A DNA stretch of 64,000 nt from Sphingobacteriales bacterium (GTDB taxonomy: Bacteria; Bacteroidota; Bacteroidia; Chitinophagales; JADIYW01). The stretch's first letter is position 1; every line of letters starts with the position of its first letter. Shown one piece after another: positions 58,780-64,000 of the stretch. A program made the translations under genes and the position numbers. Under the pieces are notes generated by a model that searched no databases, was not told the DNA's origin, and saw nothing but the letters and a program-made list of their open reading frames with translations. The stretch lies in the NCBI GenBank assembly GCA_947460245.1, contig CANHGL010000003.1, positions 15,968-79,967 of the forward strand, given 5' to 3'.

Positions 58780-60807
58780 TTATTTTAAATGCTGTTCTGC
58801 CCATTTGAGGTTATTGGCAGCACGTTCAAAATTGGGGTTTATCTCCAATGATTTCTTGCATGCTTCAGCGGCTTCCTTCCATTTTCCAAGTGCATTATAA
58901 GCACTACATATGTTATTGTAAGCAAACTGATTGTTAGGGTCCGCTTTTAGAGCCTTCTTGCAAGCTGAAATGCATTGCTCATAATTATTACTGTTGTAGT
59001 ACAAGAGGCTAAGGCTAATGTAGTTTTCGGCAGTAGGTGATTTTTTGGCAGCATCTTCAGCTGTTTTTATTGGATCCGGTCCGGAAGCAACCGTCGTAAA
59101 ACGTAGTAAGTTTGTGTCGTTAGGAGATACTTTTTTTGTTTCTTCTATCAAGGTATTTAGCTTTTGTTGCTGTCCTGCAGAACGGTATAAGTCCATCAAC
59201 AAATACCTGCTATCAGAATCAACACTGCACAAAGCAAGAGAACGTTCCGCATTGAAAATAGCCTCAGGTATTCTTCCTTTTGAATATAAGTATTTAGCAT
59301 AGTATTTATAGGTGGTTGGATCGTCAGCTCCATATAGAATGCCTTTCTTGTAGTAATCCTCAGCCTGTGCGGTTTTGCCAAGTGCATTATTTACAATTCC
59401 GAGATTAATGTGTAGGGTTGCATAGTAAGGATTAAGTACAAGTGCTCTCTCAAAATAATCTAAAGCCACAGCATAGTTACCTTTTCTCATTTGACTTAAT
59501 CCATAGTTCATTAAGCCTCTGCCATTTTTAGGGCTCTTCAGCGTTACATCATGCCATAAACTTTCCTCAGAATTCCATACTGTATTTCGTTGTCTGGCAC
59601 CCAAGGCATAGCCACTTAAAATTAGTATGCATAAGCTTATTAGGACATATTTATAAGGTAGTAGTTTTTCTTTATATCGTATTGCAAGTAATCCTATGGC
59701 CCAGCTTATACTCATACTTAATCCAACAAATGGAAAAAACATTCTATGGTCGTTGGTTACTTCTGCCAATGCAACAAAACTAGATGTTGGTATCAGGGAT
59801 AGAAGAAACCAGAGTATTCCAAATGCAATTGGTTTGGTTTCCTTTTTTACAGATGTTTTAAACGCAATAAATAACAGTACCAGAATAAAAGTTATTCCTA
59901 CAATCACTCTCTCCTCAAAAATAGTATTGAAAGCAACCCAGTCTGTATCTGCAGAGAGATTTACGGGAAGAATGAAGGAGATAAAATAATGTAATAATAC
60001 CCAAGGTTGAGTAATCAGGTAATGAAATTTAGAGGGTCCGCCTGCAACCCAGGTGGAGGCCTGCATTTTTACTATAAAGTAGCCTAATCCAATACAAATA
60101 ATGAAAGCAGGTATTGTTGGAATTAGACTTTTTTTTAGGGTTTGTATTCCTTCTTTTTTGAAAATATCGTAAAGAGATTGCTCTGATTCAAAAAGTAAAA
60201 TAAAAACGAATAATATAGGAGCAAACATAGCCGCAGGTTCCTTGGTGAATATTCCAAGTGCTGCAGGGATTAAGTATAATAACCATTTTCGTTTTTTTGG
60301 AAATACTATATAGATATAAAATGCAGCAACAACGCATAAGGTAGATAGTGCGTCTCCGCGCTGGTAGATATAGTTGATGGTTTCTGCATTTGCAGGGTGT
60401 AGGCCATACCATGCGACAGCAAAAAATGCAATAAAATCAGAGAATGGATGACTTGTTGCTTTTCGAAAAATGCTTCTGAATAAGAAGAACATTAAAACGA
60501 GTTGTACTAAAAACCAGAAGAAGGTACTGATATGAAAATAAAAAGGATTCAGTCCTTTCCCAAAGTAATAATCAATAGCCAGTGTAGACATTACAATAGG
60601 TCTGTAGGTTTGATGGCTGGGTAATGCAGAGGCTGTCTTTGCATCTTTAAAAAAAAGAGGAATATTTTTTATATCCCTTATGAAAATATTATCTGTAATC
60701 TGATTATGATCATCAAATTCAAAAGGATTGTGGAAGTGGTTAACATAGGTAAGCGTAACACTCACTAATAGAGCAAAAACGAGCAATGCTGTGTATTTTC
60801 TGTGCAT
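58780..60807 (-). CDS. TMTC-like GT-C membrane glycosyltransferase with C-terminal TPRs
   Basis: FEFDD in loop 1, YRP, HP..AE..YI..R.D, LSAD, RNTVWNSEESLW, then multiple TPRs. Confidence 0.8.
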   Translation of the reverse strand: MHRKYTALLVFALLVSVTLTYVNHFHNPFEFDDHNQITDNIFIRDIKNIPLFFKDAKTASALPSHQTYRPIVMSTLAIDYYFGKGLNPFYFHISTFFWFLVQLVLMFFLFRSIFRKATSHPFSDFIAFFAVAWYGLHPANAETINYIYQRGDALSTLCVVAAFYIYIVFPKKRKWLLYLIPAALGIFTKEPAAMFAPILFVFILLFESEQSLYDIFKKEGIQTLKKSLIPTIPAFIICIGLGYFIVKMQASTWVAGGPSKFHYLITQPWVLLHYFISFILPVNLSADTDWVAFNTIFEERVIVGITFILVLLFIAFKTSVKKETKPIAFGILWFLLSLIPTSSFVALAEVTNDHRMFFPFVGLSMSISWAIGLLAIRYKEKLLPYKYVLISLCILILSGYALGARQRNTVWNSEESLWHDVTLKSPKNGRGLMNYGLSQMRKGNYAVALDYFERALVLNPYYATLHINLGIVNNALGKTAQAEDYYKKGILYGADDPTTYKYYAKYLYSKGRIPEAIFNAERSLALCSVDSDSRYLLMDLYRSAGQQQKLNTLIEETKKVSPNDTNLLRFTTVASGPDPIKTAEDAAKKSPTAENYISLSLLYYNSNNYEQCISACKKALKADPNNQFAYNNICSAYNALGKWKEAAEACKKSLEINPNFERAANNLKWAEQHLK

Positions 60808-60816
60808 ATCAGAATT

Positions 60817-61995
60817 TTATTCTTCAAAATATTTAATGTTTTGTATAGTGCCAATTATACTAAAAAAAAAGCTTAAAAAAACGGTCTGTATACCAATGAT
60901 AATAAGTATCAGAGAGGGAATTAAAACCCGGAAGGAAGCGCTTAAATTGGTGATTTGGCCGAAGTCTTGTTGCTGCCAATTTCTAAATAGACTAATACTG
61001 AGTCCTAGCCCAGCCAGAAAAGTGATAGCACCTAAGATAATACCTCTCTCTAAAGTAAAATAGGTGAAGAGTTTGAGGAAGTTTCTTTTAACGGGAATTA
61101 GTCCTTGATTGATGGCATAGATTCTGCTCAGAAGGGAGAAGCTTATAATTTGAAAACTTAGTATAATACATGCTCCACAGTAAGTGAGGGTGTGTATATC
61201 AAAGGTAATTTTTGTAGTATGTATGGGGTTAAAACTAATCACTGCAAATAAAACAGTGGATAGGATCAGAAGGATTAGTCCGGGATAAAAAAATAGCCAT
61301 CTTGGACTATAGATGAGTAAGAATTTTAGGTGTCTCCACCCATCCTGCCAGGTTCGAAGGTGAGGAGCCCTGCTTCTTCCGTCCACAGATAAGGTTGTAG
61401 GCACTTCCGTCATCTTTAATCCGAAAATACTTGATTTTACAACCATTTCGGAGGCGAATTCCATTCCTTTTGTTTGTAATCCGAGTTTTAGAATACTGTC
61501 TTTATTGAAGCCTCTTAATCCACAATGAAAATCTTTTACAGAGATTTTAAAAAACAATCGACCGATAAATGAAAGCACCGGATTTCCTAGGTACTTATGT
61601 AGGAATGGCATGGCTCCTTTAGCGATACCTCCTTTGAATCTGTTGCCCATTACCACATCATAGCCGTTTCTTAGCTCAGATAGGAATGGCATAAGGTTTG
61701 AGAAGTCATAGCTATCGTCCGCATCTCCCATGATAATATATTTTCCACGTGCAGCATTAATAGCACCTAATAATGCTGCTCCATAACCTTTTTCAGGTAT
61801 GTTTACCAGTGTTGCACTATGCTCGGAGGCAATTTCCTGGGAGCCGTCAGTGCTTCCATTGTCACCTATGATAATTTCTCCGTTAACATTATTTTCTATA
61901 AGAAATTTTTTGGCCTTTTGAATACAAATAGCTAAGGTTTCGGCCTCATTTAAGCAGGGCATAATGATGGATAATTCTAGAGTGCCTTCAGGCAT
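60817..61995 (-). CDS. GT2 glycosyltransferase, DPM1-like polyprenyl-phosphate sugar synthase, with C-terminal TM domain
   Basis: IMPCLNE, DNGSTDG, GYG, MGDADDSY, DFHCGLR, MEFASEM, DGWRHL; start set at ATG 61995. Confidence 0.9.
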   Translation of the reverse strand: MPEGTLELSIIMPCLNEAETLAICIQKAKKFLIENNVNGEIIIGDNGSTDGSQEIASEHSATLVNIPEKGYGAALLGAINAARGKYIIMGDADDSYDFSNLMPFLSELRNGYDVVMGNRFKGGIAKGAMPFLHKYLGNPVLSFIGRLFFKISVKDFHCGLRGFNKDSILKLGLQTKGMEFASEMVVKSSIFGLKMTEVPTTLSVDGRSRAPHLRTWQDGWRHLKFLLIYSPRWLFFYPGLILLILSTVLFAVISFNPIHTTKITFDIHTLTYCGACIILSFQIISFSLLSRIYAINQGLIPVKRNFLKLFTYFTLERGIILGAITFLAGLGLSISLFRNWQQQDFGQITNLSASFRVLIPSLILIIIGIQTVFLSFFFSIIGTIQNIKYFEE

Positions 61996-62311
61996 AAATT
62001 GAGTATTTAACTTATTAAAAATTATAAATTTGGGATAACACGTTTTTGTATAATCATGGCTTATTTTCGTTAGTAAATTAGAAACATAATTCCATCCCTC
62101 ATAACCTTTTTTAAGAACAGTATGGATCAATGATTCATTTAGAGATTTAAGCAGATTATATTTCTAAGGGTTGGATATCAAAATGTAACGAAAGGGATTG
62201 TTAAAAACCGATGATAATGAATATTTTAGCTCTAAGAATAAAAATTCAACAATAGCTCTCTTTATTCTGACTTTAGACAGGCTATAATTTCCATATTTCC
62301 CGATATTTACC

Positions 62312-62319
62312 TAACTTCG
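62312..62319 (+). promoter_or_regulatory. -7 element variant upstream of prs
   Basis: TAACTTCG followed by CAC, 22 nt upstream of the ATG. Confidence 0.55.
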
Positions 62320-62341
62320 CACCTCAAATTTAAGCCAAAGC

Positions 62342-63283
62342 ATGGTTATTCCAGATTTAAGGTTGATTTCCGGTAGATGTACCCAATATCTTTCTAATAA
62401 GATTGCGGAAGCCTATGGACAGGATTTGACGGCTGTGGAGGTAATGCAATTCAGCGATGGTGAATTTGAACCAGTAATTCAGGAAAGCATCAGAGGGTCT
62501 TTTGTCTTTTGTATTCAAAGTACTTTCGCCCCTGCAGATAACCTAATGGAGCTATTGTTACTAATTGATGCTGCAAAGAGAGCCTCCGCTGGGTATGTAG
62601 TCGCTGTTATTCCATATTTTGGGTTTTCCAGACAAGACAGAAAAGATAAGCCACGTGTGGCTATAGGTGCCAAGTTAGTGGCGGATATGTTAACTGCAGC
62701 AGGAGCTCAGCGTGTGATGACTATGGATTTGCATTCTCCGCAAATACAGGGTTTCTTTAATATCCCGGTAGATCATCTTGAAGCCAATGCTATCTTTTTA
62801 CCTTACCTAAAGAGTTTGGAGTTAGATGATTTGGTATTTGCTTCTCCGGATGTGGGAGGCATTAAAAGAGCCAGAGATTACGCTCGCCAATTAAATGCGG
62901 AGTTTGTAATCTGTGATAAATTCAGAGTTAAGCATAATGAGATTGAGTCTATGCGTTTGATAGGAGATGTTAGCGGTAAGAATGTTGTGTTGGTAGATGA
63001 CTTAATAGATACCGGTGGTACACTCACTACAGCAGCTAACATGATTATGGAAAAAGGTGCTAAGAGTGTGAGGGCTCTTATTACGCACCCTGTTCTATCT
63101 GGTAAGGCTTATGAAAAAATTGAACAATCTTCATTACAGGAATTGGTGGTATGTGATACTATTCCATTAAAACAGACATCTTCTAAAATAAAAGTATTAT
63201 CTGTGTCATCACTATTTGCAAGAGCAATCAGAAATGCACACGAGTATAAATCTATTAATTCATTATTCATCAATAAAAAGTAA
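62342..63283 (+). CDS. prs: Ribose-phosphate pyrophosphokinase
   Basis: FSDGE, RQDRK, DLH..QIQGFF, SPDVGG, VDDLIDTGGT. Confidence 0.98.
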   Translation: MVIPDLRLISGRCTQYLSNKIAEAYGQDLTAVEVMQFSDGEFEPVIQESIRGSFVFCIQSTFAPADNLMELLLLIDAAKRASAGYVVAVIPYFGFSRQDRKDKPRVAIGAKLVADMLTAAGAQRVMTMDLHSPQIQGFFNIPVDHLEANAIFLPYLKSLELDDLVFASPDVGGIKRARDYARQLNAEFVICDKFRVKHNEIESMRLIGDVSGKNVVLVDDLIDTGGTLTTAANMIMEKGAKSVRALITHPVLSGKAYEKIEQSSLQELVVCDTIPLKQTSSKIKVLSVSSLFARAIRNAHEYKSINSLFINKK

Positions 63284-63289
63284 TTTTTT

Positions 63290-63889
63290 ATGCAAACCAT
63301 TACCATTAGCGGAAAAGCAAGAACACAAGTAGGAAAAGTTGCCACTAAGGCCGACAGAGCTGCAGGCACTATTCCATGTGTACTCTATGCGGGAAACGAG
63401 GTGGTGCACTTCACATCAACTTTAAGTGAGTTGAGAGGAATCCTGTACACCCCGAAATTTTACAAGGCCATCATTCAAGTGGATGGGAAATCACACGAAG
63501 CCTTATTGAAGGACATACAGGCACATCCGGTAACGGAAGAAATTCGTCACGTAGACTTCCATAAACTCATACCAGGTGTTGAGGTTACAGTGGATATCCC
63601 TGTAAAAATTGTTGGAACCGCCACTGGTGTTAGAGAAGGGGGTAAGTTATTAATTAAAGTTCGTAAGCTAAAAGTTAGAGCTACGCCAGAGGCATTGAAG
63701 GATACTATTGACGTAGATGTTTCACATTTAAAATTAGGACAATCTATCAAAGTAAAAGATATACCTAGTCAAGGTTTTGTAATCTTGAATTCTCCTTCTA
63801 TTCCAGTTGCATCGGTTGAAATACCAAGAGCACTTAAGAGTGCTGCTACAGATGCAGCTAAAGCAGAGACTGCTGCCAAGAAGAAATAG
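63290..63889 (+). CDS. rplY: 50S ribosomal protein L25/Ctc
   Basis: IPCVLY, Q.HPV...HVDF, GVREGG. Confidence 0.96.
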   Translation: MQTITISGKARTQVGKVATKADRAAGTIPCVLYAGNEVVHFTSTLSELRGILYTPKFYKAIIQVDGKSHEALLKDIQAHPVTEEIRHVDFHKLIPGVEVTVDIPVKIVGTATGVREGGKLLIKVRKLKVRATPEALKDTIDVDVSHLKLGQSIKVKDIPSQGFVILNSPSIPVASVEIPRALKSAATDAAKAETAAKKK

Positions 63890-63911
63890 TTTTTTTTCTA
63901 AAAGGTTATTT

Positions 63912-63938
63912 AAGTTGGACTTCGGTCCAACTTTTTTT
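63912..63938 (+). terminator. Rho-independent terminator of prs-rplY
   Basis: AAGTTGGAC-TTCG-GTCCAACTT followed by TTTTT. Confidence 0.93.
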
Positions 63939-64000
63939 ATTTACACTATTTTAGTATTGTATCTTGGTTCTAAATTTTTTGGATATGCGCTTGTATACTC

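Noticed and set aside
61996-62341. GT2 N-terminal extension, or a tRNA/ncRNA upstream of prs
   Set aside because: The GT2 domain begins right after ATG 61995; no cloverleaf, T-loop or stable stems seen in this AT-rich region.
989-63750. Many 60-130 aa ORFs nested in or antisense to larger genes
   Set aside because: They lie within well-supported CDSs and show no recognisable motifs; treated as shadow ORFs.
1-64000. Mobile elements, prophage or defence systems
   Set aside because: No integrase, transposase, nuclease, reverse transcriptase or phage-like ORF recognised, and no obvious compositional break by eye.

Overview
AT-rich core-genome segment of an aerobic Bacteroidota chromosome. The assignment rests on TAnnTTTG -7 promoters, PorT, and an alternative complex III-aa3 oxidase operon. 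About 57 CDSs. I found no rRNA, tRNA, CRISPR array, transposase or integrase. The window holds housekeeping genes (nadC, gpmI, hisS, tdk, folD, udk, ubiE, yihA, rpmE2, tpiA, prmA, rsmG, aroA, lolA, ftsK, prs, rplY), a VWA/AAA+ ATPase pair, waaA divergent from an incomplete polysaccharide locus, and a 15.5-kb actABCDEF-cytochrome oxidase operon. I cannot support a wholly new multi-gene system. The best leads are: a TMTC-like GT-C/TPR protein paired with a DPM1-like GT2; a 1716-aa secreted beta-rich protein dense in Bacteroidota O-glycosylation sequons; an acidic protein with a 78-bp coding tandem repeat; a small CAMC membrane protein after the oxidase operon; a 52-nt ubiE/porT overlap; and regulatory signals (ICE-like palindrome, sigma54 site, probable leaderless mRNAs). 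All product calls come from motifs I recognised in the translations, not from database searches.
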